Position numbers and translations under genes: made by a program. Positions 1-9,328 of a DNA stretch of 32,000 nt are shown piece by piece (position 1 is the stretch's first letter; every line of letters starts with the position of its first letter). The stretch is taken from positions 30,001-62,000 of the forward strand of contig JAPZAR010000022.1 in the NCBI GenBank assembly GCA_027460535.1, read 5' to 3'. Source of the stretch: Candidatus Methanoperedens sp. (GTDB lineage Archaea; Halobacteriota; Methanosarcinia; Methanosarcinales; Methanoperedenaceae). Under the pieces are notes generated by a model. That model was given only the letters and a program-made list of their open reading frames with translations, was not told the DNA's origin and made no database searches.

Positions 1-1
1 G

Positions 2-991
2 GGTGAACGCATAGGACGGCCAATAGGTGATGCAAACCCCATTGCTGGAGGAACCCTCCCCAGCGGTTCGCGTATTGCCATAGCCTACAGCGATGATGTC
101 AGCAGGCGTGGAAGTTCGTTCACCATACGGAAGTTCACAAAAACCCCTATGTCTATTACCCAGCTTATCAAATTTGGCACGATGAGCTCTCAGGAGGCCG
201 CATATCTCTGGCTATGCCTCGAAAACGGAATGAGCGTATTTCTGTGCGGTGAAACCGCAAGCGGTAAGACAGCGGCAATGAATGCCACACTTGTGTTCAT
301 AGATCCCAAGGCCAAGATATACAGCGCAGAGGATGCAACCGAGGTAACTCCTCCGCATGATGTATGGCAGCAACTTGCTACCAAAGAGGATGGGGCTGAA
401 GAATCGCAGGTTCACATGTTCACGCTCCTGAAAGCGGCGCTCCGATCGCGTCCCAATTATATCATTGTGGGTGAAATAAGGGGCGTAGAAGGAGCGGTAG
501 CATTCCAGGCGATGCAGACAGGTCATCCTGTGATGTCCACTTTCCACGCATCATCCGTCAGAAAGATGATACAGAGGTTCATAGGTAACCCCATAAGTGT
601 CCCGGTCACGTTCATCGATAACCTCAATGTATGCGTGGTATTGCATGCTTTGTACAGGAACGGCTTGCTCATCCGGCGCGTAACCGCGATCGAAGAACTT
701 GAAGGGTATTTCGAGGAAGCGGGTGGTGTGGTCACGCGGGCAGTTTTCCAGTGGAATCCTGCTGACGATAAACATGAGTTCAGGGGCCTGAACAACAGCT
801 TTATACTTGAGGATAAGATCGCAGGAAGACAGGGTTACAAGGATAAAAGGAAGATCTACGACGAACTGGAGACAAGGGCGAAGATTCTCGATGCCATGGT
901 AGAAAATGAGGTTTTCGATTTTATGAAAACATTTGAGATCGCAAAGGCATATCGTGAAAAAGGTCTCCAGGGAATTCCCTTCCCGGTATGA
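2..991 (+). CDS. FlaI/ArlI-family type IV filament (archaellum/pilus) assembly ATPase, paralog 1. The 5' end lies outside the window.
   Basis: The frame of the 149..991 ORF stays open back to base 2 (GERIGRPIGDANPIAGGTLPSGSRIAIAYSDDVSRRGSSFTIRKF...). It is colinear with roughly residues 205-531 of the next gene. Walker A is GETASGKT, Walker B with catalytic Glu is YIIVGEIRG, and the His box is TFHASS. Confidence 0.85.
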   Translation, partial: GERIGRPIGDANPIAGGTLPSGSRIAIAYSDDVSRRGSSFTIRKFTKTPMSITQLIKFGTMSSQEAAYLWLCLENGMSVFLCGETASGKTAAMNATLVFIDPKAKIYSAEDATEVTPPHDVWQQLATKEDGAEESQVHMFTLLKAALRSRPNYIIVGEIRGVEGAVAFQAMQTGHPVMSTFHASSVRKMIQRFIGNPISVPVTFIDNLNVCVVLHALYRNGLLIRRVTAIEELEGYFEEAGGVVTRAVFQWNPADDKHEFRGLNNSFILEDKIAGRQGYKDKRKIYDELETRAKILDAMVENEVFDFMKTFEIAKAYREKGLQGIPFPV

Positions 992-997
992 GGTTGC

Positions 998-2593
998 ATG
1001 ACGTTTGAAGAAGCGATTAAAAATAACCCTCATCTTGGGAAATATGTCAAGGAATTCCAGGAAAAAAATGGCGTTATACCCACGTTTGTTCCGCAGCTTT
1101 CAAGGGATATAGATAAAAAGAACGTCAATGTCATATATCCCGTAGGAGATCCGATTTTCATACACATCTACGGAAATGCGAAGATCGAGCCGCGATATTA
1201 TTCGATCGAGCCTGAGATGACAGAAATAGAAAAAGGAAAGTATGGAGAAATTTTAAGCCTTATACTGAAAAAGACACCACAGGAACCAGCTGCTGACAAT
1301 TCAGAAAAGCTCAGGGCCCATTTGAAAAAACTCTTTGAAAAAGTAATAGCAAAAGGTGAAACCACCAAAGACAAAGGGAAGATTGCATTAACAGAAGAAC
1401 AGTTCAAGAAGATCGAATATTTCATAGACAGGAACATAGTGGGGCACGGTATAATCGAACCTATAATCCGCGACCCTTATCTTGAAGATATTAACAATAT
1501 CGGCAAATACAGCATTTTTGTTGTGCACAAGATTTTTGGGATGATAGAGACCAACATCCATTTTTCATCGGACGAAGAACTTGATGAATGGATGAGGGTG
1601 ATGAGCGAACGCATTGCAAGGCCGGTGAGCGATTTCAGGCCGATAGCCGATGGGGCCATGCCTGACGGTTCGCGTATAAATATCATATATAGCAAAGAGG
1701 TAAGCAGGCGAGGTGGTTCATTCACAATGAGGAAGTTCAATGCCATTCCTACAAGCGTGATACAACTGATAAAGTGGGGCAGTATCAGTGCCGAAATGGG
1801 CGCCTACCTCTGGCTCTGCCTTGAGAACGGCATGAACGTTTTCGTGAGCGGTGAAACTGCGAGCGGGAAAACCACAGCACTTAATTCGATATTGCCTTTC
1901 ATACAATCAAAGGGCAAAATCTACAGTGTCGAGGATACAGCAGAAGTCCTGGCTCCCCAGGAAACGTGGCAGCAGATGATCACGCGGGAAACAGGCCCGG
2001 AATCCTCCCGGGTGGATATGTTTTCATTGCTGAAACTGGCTCTACGATCCCGTCCTACCTATGTGATCGTGGGAGAGATCCGAGGTGTGGAAGGAGCAGT
2101 GGCATTCCAGGCCATGCAGGCGGGTAACTCCGTAATGGCCACGTTCCATGCCTCCTCAGTAAAAAAGCTCATCCAGAGGATCACTGGCGACCCTATCAAG
2201 GTCCCTGTCACTTTTATCGACAACCTGAATGTTGTTATGATACTCCAGGCGGTCTACAGGCAGGGTGTTTTTTTACGAAGATGCGTCTCTATGGAGGAAA
2301 TTGAAGGGTATCTCGAAGAAGCCAAAGGCGTCATAACCAGGGCGGTTTTCCAGTGGGATTCCACTAATGACAAGCATCATTTCAGGGGATTGAACAACAG
2401 CTATATTCTGGAGAATGTAATTGCCGGGAAGCTTGGATATTCTGATAAAAAAAAGATATACAAAGAACTTGAGATCAGGGCGAACGTCCTTCAAAAAATG
2501 ACAGAACAAAACATCACTGATTATTATAAAGTAAAAGATATTATATGGGCTTTCGAGCGGAACGGCGTTAACGGGCTTCCATTTGAATTATAG
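998..2593 (+). CDS. FlaI/ArlI-family type IV filament assembly ATPase, paralog 2 (full length, 531 aa)
   Basis: The N-terminal domain is typical of archaeal FlaI (NVIYPVGDPIFIHI...YYSIEPEMT). Walker A is GETASGKTT, the Asp box VEDTAEV, Walker B YVIVGEIRG and the His box TFHASS. A GAGGT Shine-Dalgarno sits just before the ATG, 6 nt after the stop of paralog 1. Confidence 0.9.
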   Translation: MTFEEAIKNNPHLGKYVKEFQEKNGVIPTFVPQLSRDIDKKNVNVIYPVGDPIFIHIYGNAKIEPRYYSIEPEMTEIEKGKYGEILSLILKKTPQEPAADNSEKLRAHLKKLFEKVIAKGETTKDKGKIALTEEQFKKIEYFIDRNIVGHGIIEPIIRDPYLEDINNIGKYSIFVVHKIFGMIETNIHFSSDEELDEWMRVMSERIARPVSDFRPIADGAMPDGSRINIIYSKEVSRRGGSFTMRKFNAIPTSVIQLIKWGSISAEMGAYLWLCLENGMNVFVSGETASGKTTALNSILPFIQSKGKIYSVEDTAEVLAPQETWQQMITRETGPESSRVDMFSLLKLALRSRPTYVIVGEIRGVEGAVAFQAMQAGNSVMATFHASSVKKLIQRITGDPIKVPVTFIDNLNVVMILQAVYRQGVFLRRCVSMEEIEGYLEEAKGVITRAVFQWDSTNDKHHFRGLNNSYILENVIAGKLGYSDKKKIYKELEIRANVLQKMTEQNITDYYKVKDIIWAFERNGVNGLPFEL

Positions 2594-2600
2594 GCGAACA

Positions 2601-4247
2601 ATGTTGAAAAAAGCATTTGATTGTATGGGCACGACCCAGGAGCAGTACATGTTGAAGGTAGCCCTACCTCTTGCATTTATGGGTCTTTTTTTCCCCATAA
2701 TTATGCTTTTCATTCTAAGGGGCCTCTTAACAGGGATATTCCTTTACGTGCTTTTACTCGTACCCGTGCTCTGCATCGGGCTCATTTTCTTTTACCCTAT
2801 TTCCGTGATGGGAGCCAAAAGGACCCAGATAGACCAGAATATGCATTATTATGTCACACACATGGGCGTGCTTGCGGCTTCCAACATGGGGAGGAAGGAG
2901 GTCATTCACAGCCTTTCAACGCAAGAGGCGTATGGTTATCTCGCCATAGAAACAGGGAGGATATATTCATTGATGAATGACTGGAACCTGAGCCTGGCAC
3001 AGGCATGCAGGTTCATAGCGAAAAGAACGCCCTCGGCAATCTTTTCAGATTTTCTTGACAGGCTTGCGCACTCGGCCGAGGCAGGGGAACCCTTTGACCA
3101 GTTCATCTGGACAGAACAGAAGGTCGTGATGAATGAATTCGATACCATGTATAAGAAATCTCTTGGAGAGATCCAGATGACAAAGGAGATATTCATCGCA
3201 ATGATGACAGCCCTTATCTTCCTTACATCAATTTCGCTTATAATGCCTGTAATTACAGGCATGGACCCGATCACACTAATGGCTGGTTCTATAGTTACAT
3301 TCCTTGGAGCTGAAGGTGTTCTCGTCTATTTCATGAAAAGCAAAGCACCCAGAGATAAGATATGGCATACCCTGGACATAGAGACCGAGGCGGACAGATT
3401 TATCCGGATGTCTTTTCCAATATCGATAATGGGATGCGCAATAGTATCCATTCTGTTGATACTCGTTGGAGGAGGACTTCCTGTAACCATTATGATCGCC
3501 ATAGCTCTGTCGCCTCTCGCGATAACGGGGTATTATGCCAGGAGAGAGGAAGAAATGATAAAAAGAAAGGATGATAATTTTCCCGGCTTCGTGCGCGCTC
3601 TTGGCTCCACGGCGGGAGCACGCGGTGGTATCATCCGGGATTCGCTGCGCAACCTCACATACCATGATTTTGGGCCCCTGACTGTTGATGTCAATGACCT
3701 GTATAAACGGCTTGAAACAAGGATCAATAAATATATGTCCTGGAATTATTTTGCAGCAGGCACAGGCAGTAACCTGATCGAACGGTTTGCCACCATATTT
3801 GCGGAGGGGATAGATAAGGGGGGAAAACCTGAGGTCATAGGGGAAATAATCGGGGATAACTTCATGAAGATCATCTCGCTGAGAAAACTCCGCTATTCTC
3901 TGGCAACCAGCCTGGTGGGAGAAGTATACGGACTGACCGGCGGCATTGCTTTCACCATGTTCCTTACCCTTGCTATTGTCAAAATGCTAATTGATATTTT
4001 TACAAATGCAAATGTGCCTTCAGGCATGTCCTCCATCATCTCGCTCAGCAGTGTCGTTGATATCAATTTCCTTTCATTGCTGCTTATGACGTTGATGGTT
4101 GGCCACTCATTTCTCTCTGCCATTTTATTGAGGGCTGTGGATGGAGGGAGTATTTTTAATTCCTACATTCACTTTGTAGGCATGGTATGGCTGTCTGCCA
4201 TTTCAGCAGAATTATCATTTGCCGCAATGGTTCGTCTGTTAGGGTGA
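2601..4247 (+). CDS. FlaJ/ArlJ-type polytopic membrane platform protein (two T2SS-F-like domains)
   Basis: About 550 aa with multiple TM segments and two cytoplasmic T2SS-F-like blocks (FSDFLDRLAHSAEAGEPF... and FPGFVRALGSTAGARGG...). It follows the ATPase directly. The ATG at 2601 is preferred. The ORF track starts at an in-frame TTG at 2583, which would overlap the ATPase stop. Confidence 0.85.
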   Translation: MLKKAFDCMGTTQEQYMLKVALPLAFMGLFFPIIMLFILRGLLTGIFLYVLLLVPVLCIGLIFFYPISVMGAKRTQIDQNMHYYVTHMGVLAASNMGRKEVIHSLSTQEAYGYLAIETGRIYSLMNDWNLSLAQACRFIAKRTPSAIFSDFLDRLAHSAEAGEPFDQFIWTEQKVVMNEFDTMYKKSLGEIQMTKEIFIAMMTALIFLTSISLIMPVITGMDPITLMAGSIVTFLGAEGVLVYFMKSKAPRDKIWHTLDIETEADRFIRMSFPISIMGCAIVSILLILVGGGLPVTIMIAIALSPLAITGYYARREEEMIKRKDDNFPGFVRALGSTAGARGGIIRDSLRNLTYHDFGPLTVDVNDLYKRLETRINKYMSWNYFAAGTGSNLIERFATIFAEGIDKGGKPEVIGEIIGDNFMKIISLRKLRYSLATSLVGEVYGLTGGIAFTMFLTLAIVKMLIDIFTNANVPSGMSSIISLSSVVDINFLSLLLMTLMVGHSFLSAILLRAVDGGSIFNSYIHFVGMVWLSAISAELSFAAMVRLLG

Positions 4248-4253
4248 GTGAAT

Positions 4254-4439
4254 ATGGTCTCAAAGAAATTTACAACGCTCAGCCTGTTAATGCCCGTTGC
4301 AATGACGGCAGGCACTCTCATTTCGATATATATATACAAGAACTATCAACAAAGCCTGGCTATGGTGCCGATAGTTGCCAGTACCCTCTTAACTATCCTT
4401 CTTTTCTACACGTACGGAAAGACCAGGAGAGGTCATTAG
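4254..4439 (+). CDS. Small hypothetical membrane protein (61 aa, two predicted TM helices)
   Basis: The ORF starts 7 nt after the arlJ-like stop (ATG 4254; in-frame GTG at 4248). A GGGTGA SD-like motif lies upstream. Two hydrophobic stretches flank KNYQQS. I recognise no family. Confidence 0.45.
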   Translation: MVSKKFTTLSLLMPVAMTAGTLISIYIYKNYQQSLAMVPIVASTLLTILLFYTYGKTRRGH

Positions 4440-5557
4440 GTTACAAGTATTTCACTGCTGCGAATGATTTTATCGAGGTCTCTTTCAAGCTTTGAGATCA
4501 AGTTCTTATCCATTTTCCTGCCGCGCAATTGTTCTATGAAAAGCAGGGATTTGGTATGGTCTTCTGGCAGGAGTTTCCATGTGGGTCTTTCCACATAATA
4601 ATCTATCCCGCTCGCATATGACATCATCTTTGAACTGACCTCTTCGCTTATCCAGCCTATTTCGATATAATATTCAAGCACATCGACCAGGTTGTTCCGC
4701 CCCACCTTTTCCATAAGGAATTCGATCCAGTTGAGAATTACGATGGAGGTCTCAGGTCTGTTATCAAGGTATGGTAACCTCACACCCTGTGCATTATCCT
4801 CGTAAGGGGGCGCTTCCTCTTTTCGTTGCGTATTAGCAGTCTGGGCTTGGGGGGCATTTTGGGATTGAGGCTGGGGGGAGTTTGACGGCATGACTGGTTT
4901 TGGTCTTTGTCCGTCTATTGGTTTTATTTGTTCAAGAACAAGTCCTTTAACCTTCTCCGCTAAAGCATCATCCTGGGTCGCATGTGTTTCGACCGACTTT
5001 TTCAGTTCTTCCAGACTGAGCTCAAGAGTCTTGAATTTCATATCAAAATTCTCCGCAAGATCGGACGAAAGCTCTGGTTGCTTGAGGTTCAATTCTTCTA
5101 TCTTCTTGTCAAGCTCGTTGATCTTTTCTGCCACAGGATTCTCTTTATCGCTCACAAACGGATTCACAGTGCTTGATACAACCTCGTATAATGATAATAA
5201 TTCAAGAACAGTCTCATCGATCTTATCCAGTCTTTCTTTGACTTCGTCCGTACCCTTTTTTCCAGATGAGACCGTCTGCTCTAATTTGGACATCTGGGAT
5301 TCAAGACCTTTTACTGCTTCCGCATTGGCTTTTATCTGCTCAGCTTTTGAATTGACCAGATCCTCAATTTTCTTGTTCAGCTCTTCCGGCGTCTTTCTAA
5401 GCTGCTCCCTGAGCTGCTCTATTACATCAGAAAATAAGGGGGCAGTACCCCGCGGATCACGAGTCCCTGAAGTTTTCTTAATTCTCTCAAGTTTTCTTAT
5501 AAGGGACCCTTCGGGGATGGTTAACTTTCCAATTTTTCCCGACAAGTCGTTAAACAT
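4436..5557 (-). CDS. ArlC/D/E (FlaC/D/E)-family archaellum accessory protein: N-terminal coiled coil, Pro/Gln linker, C-terminal FlaD/E domain
   Basis: The C-terminal block LNWIEFLMEKVGRNNLVDVLEYYIEIGWISEEVSSKMMSYASGIDYY matches the conserved archaeal FlaD/E domain signature. The N-terminal ~200 aa are heptad-like and rich in E, K and L. The linker reads SNSPQPQSQNAPQAQTANTQ. Confidence 0.8.
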   Translation of the reverse strand: MFNDLSGKIGKLTIPEGSLIRKLERIKKTSGTRDPRGTAPLFSDVIEQLREQLRKTPEELNKKIEDLVNSKAEQIKANAEAVKGLESQMSKLEQTVSSGKKGTDEVKERLDKIDETVLELLSLYEVVSSTVNPFVSDKENPVAEKINELDKKIEELNLKQPELSSDLAENFDMKFKTLELSLEELKKSVETHATQDDALAEKVKGLVLEQIKPIDGQRPKPVMPSNSPQPQSQNAPQAQTANTQRKEEAPPYEDNAQGVRLPYLDNRPETSIVILNWIEFLMEKVGRNNLVDVLEYYIEIGWISEEVSSKMMSYASGIDYYVERPTWKLLPEDHTKSLLFIEQLRGRKMDKNLISKLERDLDKIIRSSEILVT

Positions 5558-5797
5558 GAATATCTATTTCACCACATTTTCGTTATAAATACATCAGTAT
5601 TATCATAATGAGTTATAACATTATTGGTGCATCCTTTAGTACGTATTATTATATATTTCTTTAGGTATATATATTTATTTCGTTTTTTTGTTGGTTCAAA
5701 ACCCTTTTTCAGGATTAACGAGCAACGATTGGTGTTTGTTGTTCAAATTCTCCCAATTTTTAAAGAAAAGATTTAAACCAAAGGAATTTCAATTTAA

Positions 5798-7444
5798 ATG
5801 ATAATGAGTATAAGGACAATCCTATGTTTCATAATATTATGCTTTCTTCCGGTCGCGTCTGCAGGCACATATGATATCTGGTCTGCGAAGGCTTCAGGAT
5901 TTATTAAATCCAACGAATCCTTATCTTTTGAAAATTACCGAATAACAGCAAAGGCTTTGGACAACACCAGAGCAGAGATCACGGTCTACAGGGACCAGAA
6001 CCAGGTTGAAAAAAGCGAGTTCAATGTGAACCAGTTCAAAAAATACGATATTATAGGTGTAACCGTGCTTGGAATAAATGGAGACAGCACGTGGCTTTCG
6101 ATCAGTAAACTTGAATCTAAAGATATATGGAGGTCGGTTGCCCAAACGCAATTAAAATGGGGTGAAACATATACGATTGAAAATTACACATTCGGAATAG
6201 ATACTTTCGGGACTGATTCGGTGAATCTGATAATTTCGAACAAAAGCATGACTGAGACGAATGCATTATCGATCAATGACATCAAAGACTTTGGGAACCT
6301 CAGGATCGCCGTCAGGGACATCAATCGAACCGGTCTCGTAGATCTTGAGATATTTACGAACAAACCTCCTGCCATTAAAGCTGAGATATCCACAGACAAG
6401 AATGAGTACTTTCCAGGCGAAACAATCAATGTCTCGACAAATATCTCAAGCGATGCAATACAGAACATAGTTGGGATAGAAATGGGAAGCAGCCAGGCAG
6501 CGGAAATCCTGCCTGAGACTTTTTCAATGACGGGGTTTGACGGCACTCGATCCTTTCACTCCAGGATAACACAAATGCCGGCAAATTCAACAACTACCAT
6601 CAGTGCAGCAATAGAGACCCGCGATTACAGCAATGACGCCTACCTGATCACCGTGAGCAAAGACGTCTTTATCAACCCGGAAATATCAATAATGAAACGC
6701 GTCCCTCCGGATACAGACGACGAAAACGTGACCATCTATCTTGACATAAACAATTCAGGCTCTGAGAGCAGGTCCATACGCATTCATGACACGGTACCCG
6801 AAGAACTTATCAAGAAAGAGCTGGATTGGAATATAGAACTTGGACCTAACAATTCCACGACACTCACCTACGAAGTGATACCAACAAAACCAGGGCTTTA
6901 TTTCCTCCCGGCTGCCACAGCACAGTGGGAAGGCCAATCATCCTCATCGAAGAGAATGAAAATGAATATGCACATGCCGTATATATCCATGGCAAAAAGT
7001 TCTGTGGACGCTGATGGTCAGACCAGTGTCAAACTTGTTATGTCTAACAACGGCGACAGGCCTGCGCAAGTAATAGTGTCGGATAAAATACCTGAAGGCT
7101 ATCCTTTAGCCAGCGGTTCAACAACATGGACAGGAAAGCTCGAGGCAGGCGGAAGTACTACCCTCAGCTATTCTTTAAAAGGAAATGCTGAAGTACTTCC
7201 GGAAGCGTTTGCGACATATCGCGATATTCTCGGAGTGACCCGGAGTGTAAAATCGAATGCCATTGCGGCCATAACAGCAGGCCAAACAGAGACAAGCGGC
7301 AAAAAAGAGAGTTCCACAGCTTTGAAATCAGACACTTCCGGGGTAGTCTCTTTTATGATCTCATCCTTTGCGGCAATTGCCGGCATAATTATGAGTGTGA
7401 CATTGATTGCTTATTTGGTAACAGAAATTAAGAGGAGGATTTAG
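5798..7444 (+). CDS. Secreted cell-surface protein with two DUF11/CARDB-like (COG1361 S-layer-type) repeat domains and a C-terminal TM anchor
   Basis: Signal peptide MIMSIRTILCFIILCFLPVASA. Two related modules are present (NNSGSESRSIRIHDTVPEELI... and NNGDRPAQVIVSDKIPEGYPL...). It carries many N-x-S/T sequons. The C-terminal hydrophobic helix ends in KRRI. Confidence 0.65.
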   Translation: MIMSIRTILCFIILCFLPVASAGTYDIWSAKASGFIKSNESLSFENYRITAKALDNTRAEITVYRDQNQVEKSEFNVNQFKKYDIIGVTVLGINGDSTWLSISKLESKDIWRSVAQTQLKWGETYTIENYTFGIDTFGTDSVNLIISNKSMTETNALSINDIKDFGNLRIAVRDINRTGLVDLEIFTNKPPAIKAEISTDKNEYFPGETINVSTNISSDAIQNIVGIEMGSSQAAEILPETFSMTGFDGTRSFHSRITQMPANSTTTISAAIETRDYSNDAYLITVSKDVFINPEISIMKRVPPDTDDENVTIYLDINNSGSESRSIRIHDTVPEELIKKELDWNIELGPNNSTTLTYEVIPTKPGLYFLPAATAQWEGQSSSSKRMKMNMHMPYISMAKSSVDADGQTSVKLVMSNNGDRPAQVIVSDKIPEGYPLASGSTTWTGKLEAGGSTTLSYSLKGNAEVLPEAFATYRDILGVTRSVKSNAIAAITAGQTETSGKKESSTALKSDTSGVVSFMISSFAAIAGIIMSVTLIAYLVTEIKRRI

Positions 7445-7873
7445 ATGGAAAGTATATCATTTATAATATTTTTTATATATTCTATGATAACCCTGATGTT
7501 CCTAATATATATCTCGCCATTAATTTCAGCGCTTGTGATGTTGATAATTCCGGTAATTTCAGTTTATCTCCTGCCGGAACAAACGATACAGTTCCTTTCA
7601 ATTCAGCAATTCTCATTCCTTCAAGGAACGCTGCTCATACAGAACATCCATATATTGCTTGCAGTCTGGTCCGCACTCATAGGGATAGTGGCATATACGG
7701 AGATAATATCATGGTACCTTCTGGTAGATGAAGCTCCAAAACCCAAAAAACCGGATGTTCCCGCAGCTGTAATTCCGATACCATCAAATGCGGAAGCATC
7801 CCAAAAATCGGTAAAGAGTAAAGTAGAGGATTTCCTGCTGAACCTTGGAAAAATGATGAGTGGAAAGAAATAG
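7445..7873 (+). CDS. Hypothetical membrane protein (three or more TM helices, Pro/Lys-rich cytoplasmic tail)
   Basis: The ATG immediately follows the TAG of the upstream surface-protein gene (7444/7445), which suggests coupling. The N-terminal 100 aa are hydrophobic. The tail reads EAPKPKKPDVPAAVIPIP. I recognise no family. Confidence 0.5.
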   Translation: MESISFIIFFIYSMITLMFLIYISPLISALVMLIIPVISVYLLPEQTIQFLSIQQFSFLQGTLLIQNIHILLAVWSALIGIVAYTEIISWYLLVDEAPKPKKPDVPAAVIPIPSNAEASQKSVKSKVEDFLLNLGKMMSGKK

Positions 7874-7880
7874 ATCTGGA

Positions 7881-8555
7881 TTATTGCGCACCCGTCTCGG
7901 TCAGCAGGAAATCGCAATAAGTGCCCTCACTTCTTGACCTGTGCTTTCGCAGTGTTGCTCTTCTCTTTGACGTTCCTGATCTTTCAAGCAGGATAATAGC
8001 CTTTGAAAGATGCTCTAATGCGTTACCTCCGATAGGCAGGAGTTCACCCGAGGTAACATCCTTGTAGACCTGGTTCGTGATCACAACAGCTACCCCGTAT
8101 TTTCTGGCTATCCCATGGAGCAGTCCAATCTGGTTCACAAGCTCGCGTCGAATTGCCACATTTTCTTCATTTGAGTCGTCAGTTGTCAATCCCAACCTGT
8201 AGAAAAGAGCAGCAGAGTCCAGAATGATCAACCCTATCTTCTCATTGATTATTTTTTCAAGATCAACAATAGCCGAGTATTGCTGGTCGAGACTTGCGGG
8301 TTCGTATATGATTATGTCGCCAGCTATCTTTTTTGCATCATCCCCGGCTATCTGCCTGAACCGTTCCGCAGAAAAACCTTCCGTATCTATGAAAATGACC
8401 TTTTTTCCGCTCTTTACAGTTTCGATTGCTAGCTGTATGCAGATATTGGTCTTGCCTGTGCCCGAAGCGCCATACAACTGCGTGACTATCCCGCTCTCAA
8501 ATCCCCCGCCAAGAAGCTCGTCAACGCATTTGCATCCGCAGGGAATTCTCTCCAT
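7881..8555 (-). CDS. radB: DNA repair and recombination protein RadB
   Basis: It carries the VDELLGGGFESGIVTQLYGASGTGKTNICIQLA motif (Walker A, RadA/RecA fold) and has the short RadB length with no N-terminal HhH domain. The ATG at 8555 gives the usual spacing to the LLGGG motif. An alternative GTG at 8573 would overlap the cooC stop. Confidence 0.85.
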   Translation of the reverse strand: MERIPCGCKCVDELLGGGFESGIVTQLYGASGTGKTNICIQLAIETVKSGKKVIFIDTEGFSAERFRQIAGDDAKKIAGDIIIYEPASLDQQYSAIVDLEKIINEKIGLIILDSAALFYRLGLTTDDSNEENVAIRRELVNQIGLLHGIARKYGVAVVITNQVYKDVTSGELLPIGGNALEHLSKAIILLERSGTSKRRATLRKHRSRSEGTYCDFLLTETGAQ

Positions 8556-8569
8556 TTTTTTTATGTTAT

Positions 8570-9328
8570 TCACTCCTTTTTCAGTAATATCCTTTCACAT
8601 ATATCCTTTATTGCCTCGACTGCTGCCCCGCCTTGCTCTATCGGCGCAATATTTTCCATATCGGATTGGATAAGAGTACTATCGTATGGAATGACACCCA
8701 GTACCGGAATACCATATTTATCAAGCTTGTCTTCGATATCTTTTACTTCTTTTCCTGCTTTATTTATGACAATCCCGAATTTTTTGATATCGATCTGCCT
8801 TGCAAGTTCCACTATCCTTCCGGCGGTCTCTATCGATCTTGCCCCGGGTTCCACCACTATGATCATCATATCTATCCCTTTCGTGGTACCTCGCCCGAGA
8901 TGCTCGACACCAGCCTCCATATCCAGGATCACCACGCTGTTCATTTTCAGGATCACATGTCGAAGAAGGGCCTTTAAAAAAGAGCTGGCGGGGCACATAC
9001 ATCCGCTCCCACCTCTTTCGATCGTGCCAAGTACAAGAAGTTTTACATTATCAGGCCCGATTACCCCGAATCTCGACACTATGTCGTCCACCATCGGATT
9101 TAATTTGAATACCCCTGCAGGGCCTCCAGCTCGCTCATCTATGAGTTCCTTGAATTCGGTCAGGGGCAAAGGCGGATTTTTTATTCCGAGCGCAGAGGCA
9201 AGGTTCATGCTGGGGTCGGCGTCAATGGCAAGCACATCGTACCCTTTTCCTGCAAGTAATCGTGCAAGCGTGCCCGAAAGCGTGGTCTTCCCGACGCCCC
9301 CTTTTCCTGAGATTGCTATCTTGATCAT
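8570..9328 (-). CDS. cooC: CooC-type Ni-insertion accessory ATPase for CO dehydrogenase/acetyl-CoA synthase (MinD/ParA-class P-loop)
   Basis: It has the deviant Walker A ISGKGGVGKTT, the CooC-specific C-x-C motif (GGSGCMCPASSF), and DMEAGVEHLGRGT. It is colinear with characterised CooC proteins along its whole length. Confidence 0.8.
   Translation of the reverse strand: MIKIAISGKGGVGKTTLSGTLARLLAGKGYDVLAIDADPSMNLASALGIKNPPLPLTEFKELIDERAGGPAGVFKLNPMVDDIVSRFGVIGPDNVKLLVLGTIERGGSGCMCPASSFLKALLRHVILKMNSVVILDMEAGVEHLGRGTTKGIDMMIIVVEPGARSIETAGRIVELARQIDIKKFGIVINKAGKEVKDIEDKLDKYGIPVLGVIPYDSTLIQSDMENIAPIEQGGAAVEAIKDICERILLKKE

Noticed and set aside
4890-5588. A 232-aa plus-strand ORF, Ser/Phe/Leu-rich, fully inside the ArlD/E-like gene
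   Set aside because: It is the antisense shadow of a Glu/Lys/Leu-rich coiled-coil gene (GAA/AAG/CTT read backwards). The product is low-complexity, has no start context, and resembles no family.
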